Assembly (NCBI GenBank): GCA_963777605.1
Contig: CAVZRV010000007.1
Span: 416,001 to 480,000, forward strand
Origin: an uncultured Acidobacteriota bacterium
Lineage (GTDB): Bacteria > Acidobacteriota > UBA6911 > RPQK01 > JAPXNP01
Length of the DNA: 64,000 nt
Direction: 5' to 3'
Below the pieces are notes generated by a model. It saw only the letters and a program-made list of their open reading frames with translations. It did no database searches and was not told the origin of the DNA. Shown in pieces: positions 1-9,148 of the stretch. A program made the translations under genes and the position numbers. The first letter of the stretch is position 1, and every line of letters starts with the position of its first letter.

Positions 1-1
1 C

Positions 2-1429
2 GAAGGTCGGCGGTGGAAGCGGCGGGGACGTCCTGCGTATTCGCCGCGGGTGATGGTGAAGATACTTTTGTACGCCTATAGCCAACGGGTGTACTCGTGT
101 CGAGGGATTGCGAAGGCGTGCCGGCAGAACCTGAACTTTCTGTGGTTGTCGGCTTTGGAGCGGCCGGACTTCAACACGGTGAACCGATTTCGGTCGGTCC
201 ACCTGGCGGAATGCCTGGAAGAGGTCTTTGGGCAGTTGATGGAACTGCTGCTGGAGCAGGGGTACGTGAAGGGACGGGACTATTTCGTGGACGGGACGCT
301 GGTGGAGGCGGATGCGGGGAAGTACACGGCGGTCTGGCGCAAGAACGCAGAGCGATATGCGGCACGAGTCCGGCAGCGGGCGAAAGAGATTCTGGCCGAG
401 GTGGAGCGGATCAACCGGGAAGAAGACGAGGAATATGGGGATCGGGATCTGGAAGAGACGGGGGAAGGGACGCAGTTGACGGCGGAGGCGATCCGGGAGG
501 CGGCGAAACGGCTGGGACGGGAGTTGGAGGAAAAGCAGGCCCGGAAAGAGCGAGGGGAAGCGAAAAGGGATCCGAAGCAGCGGGCGGTGCGGCGTCTGGA
601 GCAGGAGGCGGAGAAGTTGCAGAAGTATGAGGCTCAACAGGCGGAACTGGGGGAGCGGAACTCGTACTCGAAGACGGACGCCGGGGCGACGTTCATGCGG
701 ATGAAGAACGGGGAATTGCGGGCGGGCTACAACGTGCAGGTGGGGACGGAAAACGGGTTCATCATGGGGTACTCGGTGAGCCAGAGTCCGAATGATGCCA
801 GTGCGTTGGCCGGGCATCTGGAAGCGCGGGACCGGCAGGGGTTGGACGGGAAGCCGGAGCGCGTGATCGCGGATGCGGGCTACGGAACCGAGGAGAACTA
901 CGAGGCGCTTGAGGAACGGGGGATCGAAGGATATGTGAAGTACCCGGGCTGGCACCGGGAGGTGACGGGGAAGCTGAAGCGATTTGAGAAGGCGGCGTTT
1001 GGATACGACGCAGATCGAGACGAGTATATCTGCCCCGAGGGGCGTCGGTTGGTGAGGACGGGGGATGAATGGGTGGAACGGCGATCGGGCTATGTCACCG
1101 AGGCGATCGTCTACGCGTGTGCGGATTGCCGGGGTTGTCGGTGGAAGTCGAACTGCACACAGGGGGAAGGCAACCGGACCCTGAAACGGCTGCCGAAACT
1201 GGAAGCGCATCAGTCGCGGGTGCGGCAAAGGCTGACGTCGGAGGAGGGAGTCAAGCTGCGTCAGCGGCGGGGATGGGAGACGGAGACGCGGTTTGCGATG
1301 ATGAAACGGAATCTGGGGTTTACCCGGTTTCGGTTGCGGGGATTGGGGAAGGCGACCGTCGAGTTGGGCTATCTGGTGATCGCGATGAATCTGATGCGCC
1401 TGGCCAGTCCGGCAGCACAGCCGATCTGA
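2..1429 (+). CDS. IS1182-family DDE transposase (5'-truncated by window)
   Basis: Frame open from position 2. Motifs GRPAYSPRVMVKILLYAY, PDFNTVNRFR, FVDGT, SKTDAGATFMRMK, GYNVQ, ADAGY, CPEG..CRGCRWKSNC, ETRFAMMKRNLGF. Confidence 0.93.
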   Translation, partial: EGRRWKRRGRPAYSPRVMVKILLYAYSQRVYSCRGIAKACRQNLNFLWLSALERPDFNTVNRFRSVHLAECLEEVFGQLMELLLEQGYVKGRDYFVDGTLVEADAGKYTAVWRKNAERYAARVRQRAKEILAEVERINREEDEEYGDRDLEETGEGTQLTAEAIREAAKRLGRELEEKQARKERGEAKRDPKQRAVRRLEQEAEKLQKYEAQQAELGERNSYSKTDAGATFMRMKNGELRAGYNVQVGTENGFIMGYSVSQSPNDASALAGHLEARDRQGLDGKPERVIADAGYGTEENYEALEERGIEGYVKYPGWHREVTGKLKRFEKAAFGYDADRDEYICPEGRRLVRTGDEWVERRSGYVTEAIVYACADCRGCRWKSNCTQGEGNRTLKRLPKLEAHQSRVRQRLTSEEGVKLRQRRGWETETRFAMMKRNLGFTRFRLRGLGKATVELGYLVIAMNLMRLASPAAQPI

Positions 1430-1501
1430 ACCGGAAATAAGAGCTCGAATAGGCCGAAAGAACGAACGGATACGACTGGATTAGATTGGTTGCCGAAGCC
1501 G

Positions 1502-1533
1502 GCTGACCCGGCCGCGAAAAAGGCCGGGTCAGC
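1502..1533 (+). terminator. Hairpin downstream of transposase (terminator-like, no U-tract)
   Basis: Perfect 12-bp stem GCTGACCCGGCC/GGCCGGGTCAGC with 8-nt loop. Confidence 0.45.
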
Positions 1534-1595
1534 GGGAAACAAGCGAAGGCTGGACACCTTTTTGATACAGTCCCTCTGAAACCAAGGCGCCAGGG

Positions 1596-1644
1596 CAGTT
1601 TCACACTCTGAATGATCCAGCGGCGACCGGCGACCCGAGACCTG
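1596..1644. repeat. Degenerate copy of the ~65-bp dispersed repeat found at 62235-62966
   Basis: CAGTTTCACACTCTGAATGATCCAGCGGCG closely matches CAGTTTCACTCTCTGAATGATCCGGCGGCG at 62751. A further half copy lies at 1788-1810 (18/23 identical to 62235-62257). Confidence 0.75.
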
Positions 1645-1658
1645 CGCCCCCCGGGAAG

Positions 1659-1693
1659 GAATCGGGAATCGAGAAGCGAGCATCGAGAATGGG
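1659..1693. repeat. Degenerate heptamer tandem repeat (5 units)
   Basis: GAATCGG GAATCGA GAAGCGA GCATCGA GAATGGG. Confidence 0.6.
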
Positions 1694-1855
1694 GCGGTCG
1701 CAGAAGCTCCACGTCCGCGGTTTTTGGAGCGATCCTGGAGACTCCGCATTAAGTACGCGGGAATCACGATTGTCGGCCCGGACTCGGCCGGTTTCACTTT
1801 GCGAACGGTCTCCGCAGCGCGCCGGAGGACACATGATGGCTATGCCGGCCAATCA

Positions 1856-2875
1856 TCACATGCCGAGGTCCCGGAGCGTTTCCAGAACCCGGGCGTGGAT
1901 TCGACCGTTGGAAGCCAGCACTCCGCGGTTGCGTTCCAGTTGGCGGCCGGCCGTGAAGTCGAGCGCGTTTCCGTCGAGATCGGTGACTCGCCCACCCGCC
2001 TCTTCGACGACCAGAACACCGGCAGCCTGGTCCCAGATCTTCTCTCGATAGTCGGGCCGTCGCGCCGAAATCAGCCGGACCAGCAGGTCGCCCTCCCCGT
2101 TGGCGAGAAGCGCGTACTTGGCCTGGCTGTCCATGGGAACCGGGGCCGCAGCGATGCCAAGTTCCAGCTTGAGGCGGCCAACCTGATCCAGGTTGGTATG
2201 GGCCTTCTCGAAGGAACGCAGGAGCACCGCCGATTCCATGCAGTCCGTCGGGGACACATGCAAGGGAATCGGATCCGCCTGCCCTTCCAACCACACCCAT
2301 GATGCTCCCCGGCCTTGCTCAGCGAAAGCGAGGATTCCCTGGTCTGCCGCCTCGGCCGATGTACCCACTCCGTCCATGGAAAGCTGCAGCCGAGGACAAC
2401 CCAGGATGCCCAACTTGACCGTTCCCTGAGCCACGCGCGCCAAGGCCACGGCATAGTGAGCATTTCGGAGAAATCCCTTGGTGCCGTCGATCGGATCGAG
2501 GACCCAGTACTCACCCTCCGGGGTCCCCTTTCCCCGGTCAAGCCAGTCCAGTATCTGTTCCGGTCCCGAATTGGGCTCAAATTCCCGGACGTGTTCCACG
2601 ACACGATCGAGGACCGACCCGTTTTCGGCCGCCCTGAGGTAGTCGGCGCTCTCCTCCGCAACCAGAATGGCCCCTGGGAAAGCCCGCAAGAGGCGGAGAG
2701 CAACCAGTGCCTGGACCGCAAAGTCCGCCACCGTCACCGGAGACCGATCTTCCTTCTGAAGTGCAGGAGTGACCATTCGGCGGCGAACCTCCTCGGCCAA
2801 CCGACAACAATCGGCAACCAAATTGATTCCGAATTCGAGTTCCGGGCCGTGTGATCCCTTAGACGATGCGGTCAT
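1856..2875 (-). CDS. 3'(2'),5'-bisphosphate nucleotidase, HAL2-like (inositol monophosphatase superfamily)
   Basis: KEDRSPVTVADF, AEES, WVLDPIDGTKGF, DSQAKY, EKIWDQAAG motifs. Start trimmed to ATG 2875. Confidence 0.9.
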   Translation of the reverse strand: MTASSKGSHGPELEFGINLVADCCRLAEEVRRRMVTPALQKEDRSPVTVADFAVQALVALRLLRAFPGAILVAEESADYLRAAENGSVLDRVVEHVREFEPNSGPEQILDWLDRGKGTPEGEYWVLDPIDGTKGFLRNAHYAVALARVAQGTVKLGILGCPRLQLSMDGVGTSAEAADQGILAFAEQGRGASWVWLEGQADPIPLHVSPTDCMESAVLLRSFEKAHTNLDQVGRLKLELGIAAAPVPMDSQAKYALLANGEGDLLVRLISARRPDYREKIWDQAAGVLVVEEAGGRVTDLDGNALDFTAGRQLERNRGVLASNGRIHARVLETLRDLGM

Positions 2876-3022
2876 TAGATACTTTTCTCCTGAATGTCTC
2901 CGAAAGGGACCATCGTAGCGCAACCGCAAAACGATGTGAAAAGGCGGGCGCAGATACGCGAGAGGGTGATGGAAGGCGACGCCGGGACCGGTCCGGCGCT
3001 CCGCCTTCCATCAGAAACGGAA

Positions 3023-4765
3023 TCAGACCTGGACGGGTTGGGTGGCGTGCACCTGGTCGAATTTCTTCATTCCTTCCGGGTCGAGAGCCCACTCGTAGGA
3101 CTCCTTACAGTCCCGGTGGGAAGCATAATCACTCCGAATTGCATCGACGTCGAACCCGAAACTTCGCAACTGAATCGACTCCACAAAGCTGCAATTCGTC
3201 CTCACGGATTCGTCGTCCAGGACCCGGGAGGCGACATAGGCATAGATGAACCTGGCGAACTCCTTGAGGTTCGCCAGGTGGCGGTCCAGGACCTCCTCAC
3301 CCTCAGGAACCGTGACTCCGACTTCGTAGAAGCCGGTCTCGGCATACTTGAGGGGAGTCAGCTCCATGAAGTCGTTCAAGACCTTGTGAATCGGCAACTC
3401 CCGTTCCTCCTTCCACTGGTAGTAGTCGCTGAGGAACTGCTGGAGATTTCGATTGATGGGACCCAATTGTGCGAACTTCCTGAAGAAGATCTGGATGAAA
3501 TCACGGTTGGTGAAAAAGTCGTTGGCAACTGGGAAAACGTAGAAACTGAAGTATATCGCCAGTTCCCATGCGTACTTGAGCGTGAAGACTTCCTGGTCCC
3601 CCAGAGCGTTGTAGCTCAAGACATAGCTGGGAACATAAGCCTCGTAGAACACCTTCATCAGGGGTTCGTAGATTTGGCACTTCTTCTCGAGTTCGTCCTG
3701 GTCCCCGGACAGTATCGCGTCGACCACCATTGAGTTATAGAACGAGATCAAGTCCGAACCGGGGCTGTAGAGCGGATCGGTGAAGCGCCCCGCCATCCCC
3801 GACATACCCCACTTGTGTGGGCTGATGGTCTGTTTGCAGTCATAGGCGAAGCTCGCCAGGCGGGCGCTGTCCACCAGTCGCCGATTCCTGAAATCTCGCT
3901 CAAAGAGTGGAAACTCCTCGCAGGCCCAGTCAATCAGCTTCTCTGGGGTTGAAACCCGATTCTCGTCAAACAGGGCCCGATCGTAGACCAAACCCAGGCT
4001 CGTCAGGCCCTGGAGGGGGATCACCCAGAACCAGAAACCCTTCCCCATGAAGTGGTTCGTGGCCAGCCAGAGGGGGATCATGCCCTGTTCCCGCCGGTCA
4101 GACTTCTTCCGGATCTCGTCCAACGAGGCGTCGGTGAGCTTCTCGATGTTGATCAGGCCCTCCAGCCAGCACCATGAGGAGCCATGCCGGATTTCACTCT
4201 CCGCCGCCAGGTCGTTCTTTCGCTTGAGAAACTGACCACGGCCGGTCGTGTCAACCACCCACTCCGAGTCCAGTTCAACCTGTGCGCCCTCCAGCTTGAA
4301 GCTGACTCGGTGCCTGCCGCCCTCATCTAGTTCCACGTTCAGCGCGACTGCGGGATTGCAGAAGGTCACGTCGGGATGCTTGCTGTTCTCGGCAAGTAGG
4401 TGAGCCTCGAGGACATTGCGGTCCAACTGGTAGCTGCAGACGTTGGAGAGAGGGCGAATGTAAGACTGGCTGTAGTCCTCGAAATTGCGATCACCCGACG
4501 TCGTCTTCCAATAAAACCGCAAGTTGTACTTCAAGTAATGGTGGTTGAACAGGTGCTCCTCCAGGTCGAGAACCTTGGAGAAATAATATCCCCCCACCTG
4601 AACCAGGGACTCTCCAACTTTCTGTTTCTTCCCGGGAACCTCGGGCTTGTTGTCGAGCAGCAGGATCTTCTTGCCCGACTTGGCCACCAGAAGGTGGCGG
4701 CACAGGGACAAACCCGCCAGTCCGGCCCCAAGGATCACCACATCGTAATGTCTTTCAATTTTCAT
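3023..4765 (-). CDS. Flavin-dependent halogenase
   Basis: GAGLAG FAD motif, KVGES, candidate catalytic Lys in LKYNLRF, WFWVIP (WxWxIP) and FTDPLYSPG. GAGGTG RBS before ATG 4765. Confidence 0.82.
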   Translation of the reverse strand: MKIERHYDVVILGAGLAGLSLCRHLLVAKSGKKILLLDNKPEVPGKKQKVGESLVQVGGYYFSKVLDLEEHLFNHHYLKYNLRFYWKTTSGDRNFEDYSQSYIRPLSNVCSYQLDRNVLEAHLLAENSKHPDVTFCNPAVALNVELDEGGRHRVSFKLEGAQVELDSEWVVDTTGRGQFLKRKNDLAAESEIRHGSSWCWLEGLINIEKLTDASLDEIRKKSDRREQGMIPLWLATNHFMGKGFWFWVIPLQGLTSLGLVYDRALFDENRVSTPEKLIDWACEEFPLFERDFRNRRLVDSARLASFAYDCKQTISPHKWGMSGMAGRFTDPLYSPGSDLISFYNSMVVDAILSGDQDELEKKCQIYEPLMKVFYEAYVPSYVLSYNALGDQEVFTLKYAWELAIYFSFYVFPVANDFFTNRDFIQIFFRKFAQLGPINRNLQQFLSDYYQWKEERELPIHKVLNDFMELTPLKYAETGFYEVGVTVPEGEEVLDRHLANLKEFARFIYAYVASRVLDDESVRTNCSFVESIQLRSFGFDVDAIRSDYASHRDCKESYEWALDPEGMKKFDQVHATQPVQV

Positions 4766-4913
4766 ATGAATGCGCACCTCGCAGGACCCAACCTCTCGCA
4801 TCAGCGGCCCGAGCTCTTCATCCATGCTCGATCCGAAACGGCACTATCACTCCTGGGGGGAAATTTACTAAATGCGCTATATATTAACGTTTTTTTATTT
4901 AAACGAAAAGTTC

Positions 4914-5972
4914 CTAAAATGTCTCGATTTGTTCGACCAGCTGTTCGAGAGAGGCCATTCCATCGACCGGCGTTGCCAGTTCACGAATCCTCAGGAGCGG
5001 TTCGGAGCCGGCGGTTCTCGCCTCCAGGCTCTCCAAAACTCTTTTCTGCTCTCTAACCACGGCAGTTCCCCATGCCAGGGTCCGTTGATCACCGGGTTCA
5101 GTCGGGCTCAGCCCTTCCGGGGGCTCGGGCCAACAGCGATTGACGATGGTCCGAGGTGCTGGATAGTGTCGGGCCTGCAGCTCCCGTTCAAAGAATTCCA
5201 CGTCTCGTTCGGCTTTGTCCGGAATCGTGACAATGAAGAACCGAGCCGTCTCCGGGTCTCTCAACATGGCCGCTGTTCGCCGGGCACGTTTCGCGTAACC
5301 CTCGGCGATTGAGCGGAATAGCCCGTAAAAGTCGAGTACCTGTCCCACGACCCCGACTCCGACCAGCTCTTCCAGGCGGGCGTAGAGATCAAGAGAGCGC
5401 CTGCCCATCGCTCCAAAAGGAGATGCCGCCCAGACTCGGTAGGTGGCGCTGGCGATCTTGACCACCGGGAAAGAAACCAGGTCAGCGAAATACTCCGGCT
5501 TGTCGAGAAACTCAAAAGCGTGACGACTGGGAGCAGTATCGATCACCACGGCATCGTATCCACGGTTTAACGCCTGGTCGAGGTACTCCAGTGCCATCAA
5601 CTCCTGCATCCCCGACAGCGAAGTGATCAGCATCCGGTAAATCCGATGATCGAGGATCGACCGAACCTGGCGTGGATTGCCATAGGTCCGGACAGCGGTC
5701 TCGAGAGTGTGCTCAATGTCGAGCAAAGCAGCCCACAACTCCCCGGCAAATGAATCGGGGAGAGCAACCCGGTGCTCACCTCCGCGATTGTCCAACCCGA
5801 GCAACCCCTTCAGCCTTCTGGCAGGATCAATCGTCAAAACCAGGGTCTTGTGCCCGGAATGAGCGTACTTCATGGCGAGGACGCTGGAAACCGTGGTCTT
5901 GCCAACCCCGCCCGTCCCCACCAGAACCGCAATCCGAGTTTTCCTTCCACTTCGGCCTGTCGCCTCGTTCAT
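4914..5972 (-). CDS. ArsA/Get3-family ATPase (second subunit of pair)
   Basis: GTGGVGKTT P-loop, TIDPARRL, SGMQELMALE, VIDTAPSRHAFEFLD. Confidence 0.88.
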   Translation of the reverse strand: MNEATGRSGRKTRIAVLVGTGGVGKTTVSSVLAMKYAHSGHKTLVLTIDPARRLKGLLGLDNRGGEHRVALPDSFAGELWAALLDIEHTLETAVRTYGNPRQVRSILDHRIYRMLITSLSGMQELMALEYLDQALNRGYDAVVIDTAPSRHAFEFLDKPEYFADLVSFPVVKIASATYRVWAASPFGAMGRRSLDLYARLEELVGVGVVGQVLDFYGLFRSIAEGYAKRARRTAAMLRDPETARFFIVTIPDKAERDVEFFERELQARHYPAPRTIVNRCWPEPPEGLSPTEPGDQRTLAWGTAVVREQKRVLESLEARTAGSEPLLRIRELATPVDGMASLEQLVEQIETF

Positions 5973-6910
5973 GGGCTCTCACCCCGTGACTTTCGGCCCC
6001 CAATCATGCCGAGAAGGCCGGCGCCGGAGAGCTCCTCGGCCAGCCCTCCCAGAAATGCGAGGTCGGCAAACTGCCGCGGCCTGCGCTCCAGAGCCAGGAC
6101 CGGACAGGAGAGCGCCTCCCGGATCCGACTGTGCTGCGCACGTTCTGCCGCAACCTGGGATCGGGCAAACCGGCCCCACTCGCCAAGACCACGATAGTCC
6201 GGAAGAGCCTCCGATCCGGCCACAGGGCCCTCGTTCGCCAGGCACACCAATTCCGGCGACACCAGGTTGCAGATCGCCACGCCTGCGTTCATGCCCAACT
6301 CCTCGAGTCCCTGTTCCAACTCGAGGGTTTCGTCAACCGACATTTCCTCAGGAACGCAGACCGGGACAACAAAGGGTGACGCTCGCTCGATAAAATCACG
6401 AATCTGCCTGCCCTGGCTGGCAAGCGGTCCCGAGAAAAACTGTTCGAAATTCCGGGCTACTCGAAGGGTCTGCAGAAAGTGGCCGGAAGCGGGTGCGTCC
6501 CAGACAATCACATCGTATGACTGAACTCAATCCGGTTGGGCCGTTCCGATATCGGTCAGTCTCCAAAGGAACGCGAATTCCTTCAACCCAGGAACAACCT
6601 CGATGAAATTCGTGTAAATCCGGCTCTTGACGAGAAATTCGGCAATCCCAGAGGGCCTGATCCGGGACCTAACCATCCCATCCAGGACGTTCTTTGGGTC
6701 AAGGTGAACCACGAAGAGTCTTTTAGCAGCCTCCGGTTCACTATCCTCGATCCCTTCCAGGTTGATGGCGAGGGCCAGTTCCGACAGCGGGTGAGAAGAC
6801 ACGACCAGCGTTCGGCTGCCCCGGCGGCTCAACGCCAGCCCCGTCGCCACCGACAGAGTGGATTTCCCGACTCCACCCTTCCCACAAAAGACAATCAGGG
6901 ACACTGCCAC
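5969..6910 (-). pseudogene. ArsA/Get3-family ATPase (first subunit), interrupted by one in-frame TGA at 6529-6527
   Basis: ORFs 6527-6910 (GKGGVGKS, VPGLKEF) and 5969-6511 (WDAPASGH, VCVPEEMSVDET) share a frame: ...QPD-TGA-VQSYDVIVWDAP. Confidence 0.8.
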
Positions 6911-6962
6911 AATCGACTACCAGTCAAGCAGAGGTTCAATTCGGGGATTCCAATCGGACCGG

Positions 6963-8459
6963 CTACCGTCCTCGCGCCACAGAGAAAACCAACGCCACAC
7001 CACACAACAGCGAGGCGGCGGCCAGCAGAGTCCCAAGACCGGAACCCTCTGCAGAAAATGCCCCTTGGAGCGTGGCCAATGAGGCAAGCAGCAGTACCCC
7101 GCCGAACCAGGATCGCCTGGATTGGCTCTGGTTGGGCGAAGACGTTGTGGTCGACACCGAAACGGAAAGGTCATTTTCCCTCAACTGCTCGACAAACGAA
7201 CTCACCTGGCGCACTACCCCCATCATCAACAGACCGCTCCCGACCGCCCACTCGCGGGCTTTCTCAATGCTCATTGTTTGGCTCACCCGCAACTTCACGA
7301 GCCGGGACAGAACCGTCGCAACACCCACAACAAACTGGTCCACTTTACGGCTTGCCATCTTGGGGCCGAGAAGCACCAGTTCGCGTTGAAAAAAATCAAG
7401 GAAGAATGGAACCCGAACTCGACTGCCGGCGAGGGCCTTCCAGAAATCCACCAACTTCTCGACAGAATCGGGGAATCGCCCTTCTCGGTCCATCTCGAAC
7501 CGGAGCCCGGAGAGTTCTCTCCAGATTTCCGACTCGGGGATCACCACCTCCTCATTCCGGGTCATGCGTACCAGCATCCGCATGGCACGCCCGGAGTCTT
7601 CCGCAATTGATGAAGCCACGTACTGGATAAGGGGCTGGTAATGCTGGATTGGAAGAGACTCCATGAAGGGCCAGACGCGATATCCGAACTTCCCCTCCCC
7701 ACAGGCCCGCATCTCGTCGAATGAGTCATCCACCGCGATGCAGGAAAGAATCAGGATCTGCTCAACCACTGCCTCCACCCATCGAGTAGAATCACTCTCC
7801 CCATCCGCTCCGGGTTGGCGCACGGGTTGCCCTTCGGTCAGCGAGTAGGCGAGGATGTTCGAGCGCTGCAAATCGGGGATCAGTTGGGGGATTTCTGTCA
7901 CGCATCCCGGTGGTGCCTCCTGGAGTGTCTCCAGCATCCGCCGCTTGCGTCCCAGATCAGCATGAAGGTCGAGCCACTTGTGGAAGGAGTGAAGGACATC
8001 CGGCTCCAGGATGCGCGACTCCGGGAACCCTTCCAACTCGGAAACGCCCGCTTCGAAATCCTTCCAGGCCGATTGATCTACGCCCGCGTCCGGCACAGCC
8101 ACCTCAAGAATCACGATCCGGCGACCGAAAAGAGCGCGAAAAGACCTGGTGAAATACGACCGGGTCAGTTCCTCGACTTCGAGGGCTTCAACAGGCAGAT
8201 CGAGCGGCCCATCCGGCCCGAAATAGGGGGCCGTCACCTGTTCGAGTTCATCCAGGTAGGGATTGGGCAAGAAATCCGCACGACCGGATAGAAAAACGGC
8301 AAACGCCTGGAAGTAGCCGCCCAGTTCCTCGCATGCGGAGCGAAATCCGGTCGCCCGGGAAAGAGTGCTACCGGCCAGAAGGGGCCCCCGACCCCAGCCC
8401 CGAGACCGGGCCAGCCCGTAGTCCTGCCAAACCGTTGAAGGGTTTCGTCTGGGATTCAC
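6963..8459 (-). CDS. AarF/UbiB (ABC1) kinase-like protein, catalytic motifs degenerate (pseudokinase)
   Basis: FRSACEELGG..FLSGRADFLP..YLDELEQV matches the UbiB N-terminus, and two C-terminal TM helices are present. KxGQ, VAVK, HADxHxxN and DFG are not recognisable. Confidence 0.7.
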   Translation of the reverse strand: MNPRRNPSTVWQDYGLARSRGWGRGPLLAGSTLSRATGFRSACEELGGYFQAFAVFLSGRADFLPNPYLDELEQVTAPYFGPDGPLDLPVEALEVEELTRSYFTRSFRALFGRRIVILEVAVPDAGVDQSAWKDFEAGVSELEGFPESRILEPDVLHSFHKWLDLHADLGRKRRMLETLQEAPPGCVTEIPQLIPDLQRSNILAYSLTEGQPVRQPGADGESDSTRWVEAVVEQILILSCIAVDDSFDEMRACGEGKFGYRVWPFMESLPIQHYQPLIQYVASSIAEDSGRAMRMLVRMTRNEEVVIPESEIWRELSGLRFEMDREGRFPDSVEKLVDFWKALAGSRVRVPFFLDFFQRELVLLGPKMASRKVDQFVVGVATVLSRLVKLRVSQTMSIEKAREWAVGSGLLMMGVVRQVSSFVEQLRENDLSVSVSTTTSSPNQSQSRRSWFGGVLLLASLATLQGAFSAEGSGLGTLLAAASLLCGVALVFSVARGR

Positions 8460-8544
8460 AATACTCCCGCCGCCACGCCAACCTGTTTCACAGCCGAAAC
8501 CCCTCTGTCTGCCGGCCCTGCCGACCCTTCAAGAACCGGAAAAA

Positions 8545-8976
8545 TCAGGAGGCCTTGGCCCTCGCTTTTCGCTCTGAACCACCCAGCGCCTCGGACGCCG
8601 GCTGTGGCGCTTCCCCGGAGCTCTCGCTCCCACCGTCCATCCAGCTCATGACTGAGTCCGACGTCCGTTTCACCATGTCCGCCGTATTTTTCACCATTTC
8701 ACGAGGGTCGGCAATGGTGGCCCCGACTCCCGAGAAAGCACGATGAACGGTGTCTTCGGAAACCCGCGTTACCGTGTCGAGCGTTTCTCGCTTACTCTGG
8801 TCGACATGGTTCATCACGGCGTCTGAAAAAGCGTCCATAGTCTGGCGCATCCGCTCGAGCGGAGCAGTCATATCTTCACCCGAACCCACCGATGTTACCG
8901 CTCCCTGGACCTGCTCGAGGCCGAACAGCGTCATCGCGGTCGAAAATCGCATCATGGAAACAAGAAACTTGTCCAC
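8545..8976 (-). CDS. Small helical hypothetical protein (phasin-like composition)
   Basis: GGAGG RBS before GTG 8976. Met/Ala/Ser/Thr-rich amphipathic sequence, lying between the two UbiB genes. Confidence 0.7.
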   Translation of the reverse strand: MDKFLVSMMRFSTAMTLFGLEQVQGAVTSVGSGEDMTAPLERMRQTMDAFSDAVMNHVDQSKRETLDTVTRVSEDTVHRAFSGVGATIADPREMVKNTADMVKRTSDSVMSWMDGGSESSGEAPQPASEALGGSERKARAKAS

Positions 8977-9148
8977 AGAAACCTCCCTCTCTAAAATATT
9001 TGGTTGAAACTGGCTCAATGAGTACCCGCACTTCGGGTCCTTGAGGATTTGGAGTTAGAATACCTCTCAGATGGTCCCTTTGTCCAGTATAAGGTCTGTA
9101 ATTGCACTCTGATCCGGCAATCTTACAGAGTTGTTGCCTGGCCCGCCG

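Larger units (their letters stand above)
1..1574 (+). mobile_element. IS1182-family insertion sequence, 5' part outside the window
   Basis: Transposase ORF followed by TTTTTGATACAGTCCC (1559-1574), which resembles IS1182-type right inverted repeats. Strong G/A skew ends near here. Confidence 0.85.

Noticed and set aside
6527-6529. Selenocysteine codon as a firm call
   Set aside because: Not at a recognisable conserved Cys position and only a weak downstream hairpin; kept as an open possibility only.
4914-6910. Arsenic resistance operon
   Set aside because: No arsB/acr3, arsC, arsD or arsR, and the context is lipid-related.
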